Below are positions 39,030-52,520 of a DNA stretch of 64,000 nucleotides, piece after piece. The stretch lies in contig OX597816.1 in assembly GCA_951406725.2 (NCBI GenBank), positions 126,604,001-126,668,000 of the forward strand. Reading direction: 5' to 3'. The position numbers and the translations under genes are program-made. The notes below the pieces were generated by a model. That model ran no database searches. It saw only the letters and a list, made by a program, of their open reading frames with translations, and was not told the DNA's origin. The DNA is from Octopus vulgaris (taxonomy: Eukaryota). Every line of letters begins with the position of its first letter. Position 1 is the stretch's first letter.

Positions 39030-39400
39030 ACAACTCACACACAGTCTCACGCAGCTATGTGCATAGACACAAGCACATACACTGCGTTTCTTACAGTTAT
39101 GCGCACACACACACAAACACAGTCTCATACAAGTATGCATGCATGTATGTACACAGTCTCATACAGTTACATTAACACACACAAATACATAGTCTCATAC
39201 AGGTATGCATGTGTGCATGCACACACAGTGTCTCATACAGTCATGTGCACACACACAAACAAACACAGTCTCATACAGTTATGCATACACACACACACAA
39301 ACACACTCGAACACACTGTCTCATACAGTTGCATGTGCACACACACACACATACACACAGACACACACACACACACACACATACAAACACACACACACAC
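39030..39400. repeat. degenerate CA-rich minisatellite, unit about acacagtctcatacagttatgc(ac)n
   Basis: gtctcataca core recurs about every 30-45 bp. Confidence 0.8.
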
Positions 39401-39559
39401 TGATATCAGCAAACAATCTGCATCATGTTTTCCATTTATTTATTATCTATTGGAATGCTAAAATCTTTGTAGTTGAGGGAGGAGGAAGGTGTAGTGACTA
39501 TAGCAGATTGACACATGAGTCTTACCAAACCAATTTATTAATATAGATATAGTCTTCCC

Positions 39560-40420
39560 TTGCAGGCTACACACTTCTTCCACTGGTGTTACAGTGCTTG
39601 CATCTCTTTTGTGAAGAAGCTTTCATCCTGTTAGTTTAAAAAGTCATCAACAGCAGATATGACTGCAATACTGGTTCTCAGCCAAGCGATCTTTCATGAG
39701 AATAGAGATGATGATCAACCAGTTCAAAGCCAAGCCACCCACAGCAGTCATTGAAAGCAAGGACTTGTGAACCGGAGCATTGTCCTAATGAAACAAGACC
39801 TCTTTCATCAGTTTTCCTGGGTGCTTGGTCTGGATTGTGTTTCGGGTCAGCAAGTTGTCATAGTACTTTCTATGAAGGTAGCCAATAAACACAATGCCTT
39901 TTGTATCCCAAAAGGTTGAGGTCATTATCTTCACTGCAGATGAAATGACCTTGGCCTTCTTTGGAGCAGGCGAGGAGGAATGTTACCACTGCATGGATTG
40001 TCTTTTTGTCTCTGGCTGAATGTGATGAAGCCAACACTCATCCTGAGTTAGGAAACATTCAAGAAAACCAACTGGATCTGCCTGAAATAATGTTAGATTT
40101 TCTTGTGATGTGGTCAGTCTGTGTAAGTCAATTGCTTGTCATCAATCCCCATGAGGTGAATGCAACCAATGTTTTCTTCAGTGGTAACAGTTGCAGGACT
40201 TCTCTTCTCCTCCTAAATTCAGCTGCCCACTTTTGCACTGTTGATATAGCTGGAGCATCTTCCCTAATGTAGCAACCATGTCAGCATGAATGTCCTTAAT
40301 GGGCTAAAATTTTTTCTACAGGTATTTGATAACACCATGTGGCCAAATTTTGTTGATTTTGAAGAGAAGTCATTACTAGTTACTTCTTATGTTATCTTCA
40401 AACAGTCAGATATCAGCTTA
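39560..40420 (-). mobile_element. mariner transposase relic
   Basis: FLTQDECWLHHIQPETKRQSMQW, AKVISSAVKIMTSTFWDTKGIVFIGYL, VLFH*DNAPVHKS, ELVDHHLYS (cf. HDNA and HPPYSPDL motifs). Confidence 0.85.
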
Positions 40421-40699
40421 CCTGGAAAGAACCAAGTTATCTAGAAAGGAATAATTCTGAATAAAAACTAGTTCAGACTATAAGATATCTAGATCATGCA
40501 AGAATGGAAAAGTGGAAATGATGATGATGCTGGTGATTTTCACTTTGACATTATGATTGCTTTTAAAATTGGACTTATTCTTCATCTCTTCATTTTTGTA
40601 GGTTTTGTCTCATCAGTTTCCTTTATATCTAAATACTTGTACAGGTAGTTCATTTTAGTTCACTAATTTTTATATAAAAATTTAACTTAATATTTTGAG

Positions 40700-42700
40700 T
40701 TTTAATCAGTTCGCTCTAAGAGTAACTGTGGTGCACTCTTAAAATTCTTACATTGATTTTGATATTATTACTGAATCCATGTTCAGTTTTAACAGGTTTT
40801 CAATCTGCATTTTCTTTCTTTTATATGGTTTGAATTATTTGTAAAGGGGAGGTTTTGTACATTATCCATTGGATTTGTAGGCACTGGGGATTTGCTTCTA
40901 GAAGTTTGTTAGCAGAGTCAATGGATTACTGTAGAATTGTAGGGATAAAGACTCTAACAAAGAGAGAATGGTTTCTTTCTTTTGAGGTGGGGTGGGGATA
41001 GGGATGTTTTTTTTATTGTATCCACTTTATCTTGCAAAGATATTGATATTTTCTGTTTTAACATGTTGTGATTGATATACATACTTAATATAGGAGATAT
41101 TTCTTTATGTATAGTCTTTCCACTATTCCAGAATGTTCCAGAATGTTGTAAATATTTTGGCAATCATACCACACTGTGATTATGATTATGGTTTGTACTT
41201 ACGTGGTTTTTAATTACTAATTGGTTTACTATTATTGCTTCCTTGAAACCATTCAGTACTTTTTGTTAAGATTTGTTAAGATATCCTCTGTCAGAGAGAA
41301 TAGATGTCAGATTTTGCATATTCTTGGTAAACAGTTATTAGTCAATAGGATTTTGAAGGGGTTGGGTTGAATAAAATTGCATCCCTTTCTAATGATCTCA
41401 GGTTTTTATTCCATTCTGGCTAATGTATTATGAATTCATTGACTCTAATTAAGTAGTTTAACCAGAAATTGACGACATAATCAATTTGCAATAGCATTTC
41501 CAAGTTCCCATATAATTATACTTAGATTCTTTTTCATCATGCATCAGTTTTCTTTTGTAATTTTGACCCAATATTTTCTTATAATATAATTGAATTGAGA
41601 CTTAAGGGTATACCAAGAATGAGATATTTGGATCATATCCATAGTTTCAGCTGGTCATGCTTGGAAATCCAACCAGAAAGTGTAATGACAGTTGCTTCTG
41701 GTTTAACCATATGGAGGAGGTGTCTGATAACTCTACTCCCACAAACTTCCCAAGATTAGTGGGTGGAGAAGATGGATATATTAACCCGATATAATTTCTA
41801 CATATTTGTTTCAAATACAAAATTTAATAGAAGTGCTCAAATTTTTTAAAGCATCTCAGTTTGCATATCATTTCTAGAATAAGTTGTTTAAATTTTTTTC
41901 CTTTCCTGAATATCTTCCAGCTTCTTACTGCTGTATTTTCTAAATATAATTCCCATTTTTGTCTTTGCTATTTCATGTTCCACCTACTCTGCAAACATTT
42001 TCTCTTTGTTGAGTGATAGCTTTTTTCTCTTTTTGTTGATCTCATACTGTATTTTCATTCCACTGTATCTTTGAAAGGACTGGGTGAGGAGTGACTTTGA
42101 TCCAACCCAGTCTTCTTTGATATTTCCATGGCTGCTGAGTAATTTAAGTTATTTAGCATATTAATATATGGATTTTCTTCTGTGGAAATATTTTCTTGGG
42201 GAGCATAGTTGTATTTTGATAATATTTTCTACCTTTTTTGTTGTTTCATTCAGAAGGTGTTTTCATTGATCCATGGTGATTGATTTTATTATAGTTGGTT
42301 CTTTTCCTATTGTGTTTACTGTTTCTGTTTATTGTGTATTGTTTCCTCCTGATTTTTCCTATTGTGATATATTTTATTATTCTGTTGTTATGTGGGAGAA
42401 GAATTATGTTTTTGTTTTGGTTATGAATTCAAATGCTTGTTCCTGAGTGATCATAAGCTTCAATTTTTATTTTTTCCTTTTGTTTGTTTCTCTCTCTCTG
42501 TGTCTGTTTTAATTCAGTTATAATGACTTGTCGTTTTCATATGCGGACAGTTATATTGCATTATTTTCTGAGGGATGTGAGGGCTTATCTACTTGTTCTA
42601 TTTGTCTTATTGTATGGCTTTTCTTGGTTTGTAGGTGCTTTATTGTATGGTAACTTCTTCTGTTTTATGTAATCTTCATATGAGTTGATTGCAATTTTTT
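40700..42700 (-). mobile_element. possible ancient retroelement relic, perhaps Penelope-like
   Basis: Strong T-skew and only faint RT-like fragments; no clean motif. Confidence 0.25.
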
Positions 42701-44249
42701 TGTTTCTGAGATAACATTTTTGTTTATATAAATCAGCACACATTAGCTAATTTATCTGAGTTTACTTATTGTCTTAAATATTCATTTCTTTCAACTCCAA
42801 ATCTCATTTGTTTATGATGCTAGTTTTCACTGTATATAATATAGTTGGGGTGGTGTATTTTTAAAACTAACAAATATTTATCCTATTAATCTACGTTCAC
42901 TTTTAGCTTTCATAACATTCTATGGATATTAGAAGTAAGAAACAGATATTGGAAGGGAAATGTAAACCTTTGAGCAGATGCTGTTTCTGGTACTCTTTTT
43001 GTGAATACTTTGTTGCTTGAACATATGCTAAAGCATTTATCATAAACATCTAGGCTAGAATGATTAATATTATCATTGCTTGTATTGTTTATTCATAACC
43101 ATTGTCTTGCATAGCAATGGTTTTCTTCAAAGTTAGTTCATTTTGTTTTGTCTTGATATTCAATTTCTGGGAATATCAGGTTGTTGCATATTTTCATATA
43201 GAGCTGGTAGAAACAACATTTTTTTTATCATCAGAATTTAGATATCTTTATTTCCAAATCCTTATATTTCAATACTTCTTTAAACTCCTCCATAGCGACA
43301 TTATCATGAAGATAGTAATGTATGTTAATAGACATGATTTATTCTTATTTTATTTAATGTGTTGTACAAATGATACAAAAGTTGCATTACAATAATTATC
43401 TAATAGTCGGTGAGAGAAAGTAACATTCCTTATTGTTCCAAATCAATGTAATTTATTTTGTTCCATGCTTTTTACTCATGCAGGTGATTTGACATTATCA
43501 AATTCACCTTTAACATATTCAATTATTCATTTCAAAAATCAAAGCTATTTTTGATAGTTTAAATATCACAGGTTTAGTATAAATTTTTATTTCTTAATAA
43601 TTGGTTAACTAGGCAAGCAAAAAATTATGGATCTAATAACAAACTTCATAGGCAGTTAAGTGATTAGATTTTAGGATCTTTATATAAGGAATATATAGTT
43701 CACATGTTGTGTGTAAATTCTGTCAAGACCTCTAGGTAGTGCAGTTGGGAAATTTCCCATTGCTTCTTGAGCATATATATTTTAAATTTTATGTGAATTT
43801 CATTTCATATTCACTGCTAAACTTTGATCTCAATTTCTTCTGAAATGAGTAAATGTATTGCTTCATTAAAATGAAAATAGTCTGTCATTGCATATATTTA
43901 TGTTACAAACTTTCTGTTGATGATTCAAAAAAATTTTGTTGTGTTTGCCATTTGAAAGTAAATCAAATTGATGATTTAGAATTTACATTTTCTGTTTAAT
44001 TTATGAAAGGATACGAGGTTTTTCTTGAATCTTTGTTAAGTTTTGAATGTAAATATAAACTTTATTATTAATGACGCCCTTTATCACATCTTTATTAAAG
44101 TTGCGATAGGCATTGACAGCAATTATCATAAAATACTTATATGTGTCTTTTAGGTTTGGTATATTTTGATGAGTTGTCTGGTGTGAATTATGAAATTTTG
44201 TTTCAGATTGTTAAGTTCTTGTTAGTATAATAATAATAATAATAATAAT

Positions 44250-44870
44250 TATAATTATAATGCTCTATGGTAGAGAGATATAGGGCCTGGATGCAGAAGA
44301 CATTCAAAGGAATGAAGTGAGTATGCTCTGCTGAATGTGCAATCCCAGTGTACATGTGTGACAGAGCATTAGTGTTTTGAGGGAAAAGTTGGGCAAAAGA
44401 GGAATTGGATACAGTATGCAAGAGAGAAGACTACACTGGTCTAGTCATGTGATATGTACAGATGCAGACAGTTGCAACAAAAGTGCTTAAAGTGGATGGA
44501 ACTTGTGGCAGAGGAAGACTCAGGAAGATATGGGACAAAGTACTGAAGGCTGATATCAAGACACTGAGCCTTATGAAGGAGATGACTAAGGACTGAGATA
44601 TCAAGAAGACTCATCTACCACAGCTAAATCGATACTGGTACTGATCCCACATAAAAAGCACTCATGTTGGTAACATGTTAAAAGCACCCAGTACACTCTG
44701 TGGTGTGGTTGGCGTTAGGATGGGCATCCAGCTGTAGAAACCATTCCAGAACAGACAATGGAGCCTGGTGTGTCTCTTGACCTTACCAGCTTCGGTCAAA
44801 TTACCAGCCTATGCCAGTATGAAAAAAGGATGTTAAATGATGATGATGATGATGATGAATAATGATGATT
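44250..44870 (+). mobile_element. RTE-type LINE 3' end joined to a family C tail ending in (GAT)n
   Basis: GTCGRGRLRKIWDKVLKADI; ttggcgttaggatgggcatccagctgtagaaacc motif; (GAT)n tail. Confidence 0.75.
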
Positions 44871-45204
44871 ACTCCTATCACTTTCAACATGTGAGTGTTT
44901 GAAGGTGAGAACTTTAAAAAAAAGAAGAAAAAATCAACTTTAAAAATATAAGAAGCTGAATCTATTTGTGATGGATGTGTGAATGTAATTTGAAATTTGC
45001 TATGACGTCACAGTGGGGACATTGCTGATTTAGATTTTGCTTGGGATTGGGAAAATGTGTCTGTTGATTGCAGGATATAATTCTTCTATGGTTCTGTTTC
45101 TTCTACTCAAATTGTTTTGACACATCATGTCACATTTTTTACACCATGCAGATCAATCTTGGCAATAAATTTCCCAAAGTTTTCCAGAGTGCCTCACAAT
45201 TCAC

Positions 45205-45625
45205 TGGTTTCAAAATTTGGCACATAGCTAGCAATTTTGAGGGAGGAGTAAGTTGATTATATCGACCCCAGTGCTCAACTGGTTATTATTTTATTGAGCT
45301 TGAAAGGACAAAAGGCAAAGTCAACCTATTCTTTTATTCTTTTACTTGTTTCAGTCATTAGACTGTGGCTATGCTGGGGCACCACCTTGGAAAGCTGTGG
45401 TGAAACAGTCAGCAGAAGTTTTGCCATTAGCTTCTACCAGAGGTTTCACTCATAAACACACACATCGCCCGGTCTGAGATTCAAACCCATGATCCTTCAA
45501 CCGTGAGTTCACTGTTCTAACCACTAGGCCATGTGCCTCCATGTGAAATTTGAACACAAAATGTAAAAATGGATGAAGTTCCTCCAAACATTTTGATTGT
45601 TATGCTAACCATTCTGCCAGCTCAT
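45205..45625 (-). mobile_element. SINE B interrupted at 45328-45541 by a SINE with a D-type head and A-type tail
   Basis: B halves are collinear across the insert; on the minus strand the insert starts ggaggcacatggcctagtggttag and ends gactgaaacaagtaaaagaat. Confidence 0.7.
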
Positions 45626-45630
45626 CACTT

Positions 45631-45662
<32 letters not shown>

Positions 45663-46129
45663 ACAACAACAACAACAACAATAACAACAACAAACTGCTA
45701 CCTTTGTCTCAGAAATGGCATGTTAGTAAATTCTATATTTTATGGAAGAGAAATATCATATTTTGAACTTTTATGCTATGTATATTTGGTACTTAGTCTG
45801 TATTGTAAATTTGACCAAATAAATAAATAAATAATATTAAGTATAATATTTAAGATACTTTTATTCACATTCTCTCCTCATAAATAAATTGGCTTAGCTA
45901 TAACAAGCTGTGATCTAACTCAATACAATAAAATAAAATAAAATAAAAATAAAATATGTATGATATGAGGTTTCATTTACAATATCAAGAAAGTAATGCA
46001 CATAAAAGATGGATGCTTCAGATACATTCAAAAGAAGTGAATGTTACAGATATACTCAAAGGAGTAAATGTTACATATATAGAGATGAACACAGCATTAT
46101 ACAAGTTTGCTAAGAATGCTTGAGTGTGC

Positions 46130-46192
<63 letters not shown>

Positions 46193-46738
46193 TGTGTGTG
46201 TGTGTGTGTATGCAAGCATGAAGAAGTAGATGCTTAAACAATGATGGTAAAGAGGAGAAGGATGTCTGGTACGTATACATGGGACTGAGTTGGCAAAGCA
46301 ACTGTCAGAACTCTTTTATGTGTGAGCAATCATACAATAGGTTGGTGTGGATATGATATGTCATGTATGTATGTGCAAGATGCAAGTGCATCTGTATGAC
46401 ATATGCATAAGATGTAAGTGGATCAGCATAATTTAAGCATAAGGTGCAGTTGTGTTGGCATGATGTGCATGCTTTTGTACAATTAAGTCTGTGAAAATTC
46501 TGTAGACATGAATTACACAAGACAGGAACATATGATTTTATGTTTCTTGTAGTAAATAAGCTTTCTCAATGAGAATCAAGTTAACTTGTAAAGCGAATAA
46601 GTTACTGCTGAGTTCTGTATTTCGAAATTTGTAGTTGTGAAAGGAGTTTTCATGGTACTGTTGAACTCTCAGATGTTCTTGTTTGTTTGTTGCAGTGGCA
46701 ATACTGTTGTGCTGCTCAGTTTTTCTTGATAATATTTG

Positions 46739-46971
46739 GGCAGGTAAGCTGGCAGAAATGTTAGCATGCCGGGCGAAATGCTTTGCGGTATTTCGTCCAC
46801 TGCTGCGTTCTGAGTTCAAATTCCACCAAGGTCGACTTTGCCTTTCGTCCTTTCGGGGGTCGATAAATTAAGTACCAGTTATGCACTGGGATCGATGTAG
46901 TCGACTTAATCCGTTTGTCTGTCCTTGTTTGTCCCCTCTGTGTTTAGCCCCTTGTGGGTAGTAAAGAAATA
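46739..46971 (+). mobile_element. young full-length SINE family B with 17-bp TSD
   Basis: CpG-rich copy; gataatat(t/c)tgggcagg at 46728-46744 and 46972-46988. Confidence 0.9.
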
Positions 46972-48349
46972 GATAATATCTGGGCAGGCTGTTGAAGCTC
47001 ATCTATCTTGGTTGCTGTTTCTGATTCATAGTTGGTCTGTTGTTATCACTGATGTACCGGCTAATAAAACTATTACTCTGAGCTATGATGAATTCAAACT
47101 GGTATGCACCCACTAGTAACAATACCAGTTATTCCATGACTTTCATTAAAATAACATTGGTCTAAATTACTGTTTGCTTATTTTGGTGCCAGTTTTTATT
47201 TTTCTGAGGAAATGAAGAAAAGGAAGCATAGAGTGATGATGAGGGACTGTTGTCCTGGAAGCTACTGTTGTTATTAATGAAGGCACATCAGTTATTGATC
47301 AAGAAAATTGCAAGATGTTTCATCAGTGCCAGTTGGTCTATGGTTAAGCTCAATTGTTAAATCAAACTACTAATCTGTGAATTTACATTTCAATAACTGG
47401 CACATTCAGAGCATGCAGTTAGGTTTTCAATTCAAGTGCATAATAACTGGAATTTTTACAATATGTTAATATGTTCATTATTTTTATTGTTATTAATATC
47501 ATTAATTATTGAGTCTACTGTTATTTTAACTGCAACTTTCACCAATGCTGTGTTTTATTAGTTTTTCAGTGGTTCTCATCAGAAGTCAGATCTAGTTTCA
47601 CTCTCCAAGATTTCTCAAATGATAGCCCAAAGATCATATATATGTAGCATATGTGTGTAAAGTGTGAATGTGATAATTTTCTTTTTAAATCTTATCAGCA
47701 TTTTCTTCGAGGTGGTTACAGAAAAAACAAGTCATGTGGTAGAAAAGACTGACAAGCTGAAATTAGGCTAGGCTTTCAAAAGAACTGTTATCAACATTAG
47801 GAATAAAATGTGAAGTTGGAGATAGAAGTTTTCATCTTGAATAAATTTTATGAAAGAAAACTGAGAGGGGTGGGGTTGCCATGATAAAGGTAAAAATATA
47901 GCACTTTTAGTCTTTTTCAAGAAGAAATTAGCTGTAATTAGAGGAGAGTAGATGAAATTCTTCAGTTCCTTATGATTTGGGAAAAATGAAAAATATGACT
48001 GGATTCAATGATAATATATTGTAATCAATGAGTGGAGGTAATAAACAGTTATGGAAAATGTGACCAAGAGCGACTTGTAAAAGTTCTTTTGGTTCCTTTT
48101 TTTAAACTAGAAGTAGAGGCCTTACTGACTTGTTAGCACTCCTGGCTGGCTATCCATGTCAGAAATAAATTCTGAAGGCAAGACATGGAAACTGATGTCT
48201 GAGAAGTAGGGCAGTTTCAGGAATAAAGGTATTTTTGTAGTACCCCTACCCCTATTTTTGGACTCTGTTGGGAAATTATTAGCAATCTCATATGTATGAT
48301 GATACCAAGTAATATTCCAGAAGAAGCAGTTCTGGTACCAGTGAATCTG

Positions 48350-48570
48350 AAATAGTTGGAACACTGGCCTTCTGTCAGTTACGATGATGAAGGTTCCAGT
48401 TGATCCTGTCAATGGAAAAGCCTACTTGTGAAATTAATGTGCAAGTGGCTGAACACTCCACAGACACATGTATCCTTAACAAAGTTCTCATGGAGATTAA
48501 GTGTGACACAGAATGTGACACGGTTAACTCTTTGAATATACCCTAACCACTAAGCCATGCACCTTCACCA
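48350..48570. mobile_element. SINE-like repeat fragment(s)
   Basis: Ends in a minus-strand tRNA-like head start (ccctaaccactaagccatgcacc), as at 14340. Confidence 0.5.
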
Positions 48571-49406
48571 GTTGGAAAATTTTAATTAGTGCCTTATCAC
48601 TATCAACAATGCTGGAAGCATGTCTGAAGGAAGAACATCATTCCTTAATATTATTTAAGGAAAAAAATAAAGAAAACATAAGCTTCCATCCACCTTGATA
48701 AAAAAAAAGGAGGTTGTGTAAGTTGGGTTTGTGCATAAAAATTTAAGAGGATAAATTAGTCTAATTTTAGTATGCTGTTTTGAGAGTAGCTTGGAAATGT
48801 TAACTGGTTAATGGAGTGTATTTCTGAGAATGACAACATAGTGAGAAATAATGTTATGTCATTTCAATTGATTAAAATCTATAACTATCATTCTTTTTCT
48901 CCTGTTTCCTTTGTTAACTATTCAATGTAAGGATCTAGTGCCTTATAATTTAATAGAGTATGAGTAGAATTTCAAATTGATGATTTAATAGCTTCTTGGT
49001 TTTACACTATGTAGATGGATCCCTTGCTATATTTCATAAAGTATGGCTCTATTTGCATGGAATATAATTATCTATCAACACCTATAATATTTATGCACTT
49101 AGGAATGAAAAATGAAAGAAATCAATTTTTTTTTATGGAATCTAACAAAATTGATTTGGATATGAAGTCGTGGTTGATGACTATATAATTATGTCAATTT
49201 TTTAGAATATAAGATTGATGATTTACTTTTAATATCATTTCCAACGAAACAGTTCCATATTTAAAAATCAATTAAAAATTATACCAGAATTGGAAGCTTT
49301 AGTACATAATATCAGCAAAATACAGTGTTCAGTGTTAATGTTATGATGGGTGGATTCTAACTGATCTCTGGTAAGAAATAATTGAAGAAATAACTGATTC
49401 ACTTAA

Positions 49407-49572
49407 TCATCATCATCATCATCATCATCGTTTAACGTCCGCTTTCCATGCTAGCATGGGTTGGACAGTTCAACTGGGGTCTGGAGAGCCCGAAGGCTGC
49501 ACCAGGCCAGTCAGATCTGGCAGTGTTTCTACAGCTGGATGCCCTTCCTAACGCCAACCACTCCGAGAGTGT
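49407..49572 (-). mobile_element. young 5'-truncated family C retroposon end
   Basis: (CAT)n then cgtttaacgtccgctttccatgctagcatgggttgg; close to the 53361 copy. Confidence 0.88.
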
Positions 49573-49841
49573 ATTTATAATATTTATAATATTAGCGATA
49601 ATGAGCTATATTAATGTTGCAGTACAGATAATAATATCAAGACCAAAGTTACTAGTGCAACAAGAGCAGCTGTTTTTGCATTTGTTATACTGCCCTTCAG
49701 TTAGATAATGTAGAAGAGAGTGATTCATGTATGCTTACAAGTTGACACCTGAATCATGTTAATTTATAAACTACAGATAACAGTGAATAATCAAGTATAA
49801 TAAATATGGAAGGCATTAAAGTTACTACTGATAGGTACAGT

Positions 49842-50010
49842 CATAGCTGTGTGATTTAGAGGTTTGCCTTGGAACCATGTGGTCAAGGTTCAATACCACT
49901 GCCTGAACCTTGTTAGTTATCATTCTTTACCAAAGCCAACTAATACCATGTGAGCAAAATCAGTAGACAGAAGCTGAAGATACCTGTCTCACACACACAC
50001 ACACACACAT
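49842..50010 (+). mobile_element. degenerate SINE family A head
   Basis: tagctgtgtg...aaccatgtggtcaaggttcaataccactg. Confidence 0.55.
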
Positions 50011-50857
50011 GAATTTATGTATGCTTATGTTCGCTATGCCAACAACAGATTAGGTACTTTTCATGGGAGCTTTTACCTGTTTCTTAGGGGTTTGATAATC
50101 AAACTGTATTGGATGGGGAAGAGCTGTGCTGAGCATTTTCACTTACCATTATTTCCAGATTCCTTTTGACCTGGGATACAGGAGGTCCGCATTATTTTTG
50201 ACAAAGCTGCAAGGAAGGCAGCTCTTTTAGGAGAAAGAAAGTTTGACATAAAACTTGCAGTCAAAATAGTACCATCTTGCAATGCTTCTCAATGGAAACT
50301 ATTATGGTGATCAGGAAAGTGACAAAAGTCACTTAAATCTAATGATGTACAAATGTCTCATTATCATAATGTGAAACATCTGTCATCTGACGAGGTGAGG
50401 CAATCATCATGCATGCATGTATCTTTGTACATATGTATGTACATACGTATGTCTGAGTGTGTTTGTGTTTGTTTCTTATCTACATGTTTGCTGGCCCTAA
50501 ATAAAAACAACAACCTTACAATTAATACAAGTAGTGTCATATACATGCAGTCAACCATGCAAGCACATACTTGTTTTCTGACATGTTTTGACATGTTAAT
50601 GAGTTTTGTAAACACAAACTGCCAGCTGATTTTTGTCCAATAGCCTAAGGAATTATTATCTTTCATGGAAACAGGTTAGAGTTGATGACAGGAAGAGCTT
50701 TCAGCTGCAAAAGGCGTGCCTCACCAAATTCCAGTTGACTCATGCAAATGGATGTTAAAATATGATGAGAGTAGTGATAGTGGTAGTAGTGGTGATGGGT
50801 TAAATTTTCTATTTAAAAAGTAGTCATCAGCAATAAATATAAAATGCAATTAAAATT

Positions 50858-51072
50858 GGTTTAAAATTTTGGCATAAGGTCATAAATTTCAGAGAAGGGG
50901 ATAAGTCAATTGCATCAACCCCAGTGCTCAAGTGGTACTTATTTTATTGACCTTTGAAAGGATGAAAGGCAAACTTAACTTTGGCAGAATTTGAACTCAG
51001 AATGTAAAGACAGACAAAACACTGCTATGCATTTCACCCAGTATGCTAACGATTCTGCCAGCTCACCACCTT
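50858..51072 (-). mobile_element. SINE family B
   Basis: aaggatgaaaggcaaac...gaatttgaactcag...ctaacgattctgccagctcaccacc. Confidence 0.85.
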
Positions 51073-51759
51073 AAGTGCAATTAATATCAAAAGCCTTCAG
51101 GTCTCCATGTAATAGCGTTGGTCATCAGTTAAACTTTTTATTAGAAATATGTTAGTAAAATATTAGAATTTCAATATTTAATGATCTTTAATTCATAAAC
51201 TTTCAAAATAACTTCCCATCAATGAGCTAGGATAGTGGATTTGATTTCTAAAATATTTTAGGTGGCTTTATCAAAAAGGTGAAGTTTTAGAGAATTATAT
51301 TTCATGGAATCTTTTTTTTTTTTGCTTTTGATTTCTTTTTGTTACAATTCTATTAGTTTGTAATGTTTAAATTGACAAAATCTTTAATGCATGAAATCTG
51401 AAAAAATATTTTAAAAAATTTATCTTAGTTCTTCATATTTTAAGAAAGTCTTCTTATAATGGATTTGAAGAGGAGAGAGAATGGGGTTTCTTTCACTCTC
51501 TAAACATTTACCTGAACTGTTAAAAATAGTAACCATAACTCCTGTAAGCAACATCCTTTTCTTTAAAATATAGAAACATAAATTTGAAAATATAAACCCA
51601 AATATACATAAGGAGTAGGTAGTCATGGCAGGAAAACTTTTGATTAAAGCTGAGGTTAAAAAAAACAATTACAACTTACTTTTTTATAGTGAATGATGGT
51701 ATGTTTTGGTAGTTTATTGTTTGGTATTTAAGTGTTGTCAGAATAATGAGAATTCCTTC

Positions 51760-52125
51760 CTCTTACCAACCCTTACATGTTTTCAGATAAGATTATATTA
51801 CCCTGTGATCAGGTATGGTTCCACAGAAGATTGGAAACAAAGGACAATGCTTGTATGACATTGATTCTTATTTACAGCTACCATGTGATGTCAAGAGAAG
51901 GAGGCACTAGTGCACACATACACATACACACATTCACCCTGCCCCCACACATACACACATACACACACACAATGACCTTTTATCTGCCAAATCCTCACCC
52001 AAGGGCATTGGTCAACTTGGGGCTATAGTAGAAGATACTTGCTCAAAGTTCCACACAGTGGGACTGAATCTAAAACTATGTGATTGAATAACAAACTTTA
52101 TTCCAGCACAGTCACATCTACACTT
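51760..52125 (-). mobile_element. SINE A head with alternative tail
   Basis: Same architecture as 12570-13050. Confidence 0.65.
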
Positions 52126-52199
52126 AAATATATATACATAAGTGCCAGAAGTGGGCACTGGAGGAAGTGATCATATGTCAGAAGATGAAAGTTTAGAGT

Positions 52200-52520
52200 G
52201 TGACAGGGAGGCAGAAACAGCTGTCTTGCTGCAGAGGAAGTCCACGGCTACTCAGCCAGAGAGAGTGGGTGGGAGAGAAAGAGAGTGAGAGGTAACAAGA
52301 ATGAGGACAGAAACAGGTGTGCTGCTGAAGAGGTGGGACATAGTTATCTAGAGAGAGAGTGGGCGTTAACAAGAAAAGGTGTGCTGCTCTAAAGGAGATA
52401 CATGGTTACCTAGATAAGAGAAAGAGAAAGAGCAAGAGAGAGTGATCAAGAATGAGGGCAGAAACAGGTTTGTTGCTGCAGAGGAGATACATGATTACTC
52501 AGCCAAAGGAAAGTGCAAGG
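52200..52520. repeat. degenerate tandem repeat, about 4 units of agaaacaggtgtgctgctgcagagg
   Basis: Units near 52211, 52307, 52372 and 52459. Confidence 0.65.

Noticed and set aside
39030-39400. CRISPR-like repeat/spacer appearance (also 52200-52520 and 53530-53675)
   Set aside because: Spacers are low-complexity or similar to each other, the context is eukaryotic, and there are no cas genes
40602-43554. Further exon candidates 40602-40644 and 43484-43554
   Set aside because: Splice signals are plausible but not phase-linked to the upstream chain; indistinguishable from chance
45003-45010. CRE palindrome TGACGTCA
   Set aside because: A single 8-mer with no promoter context
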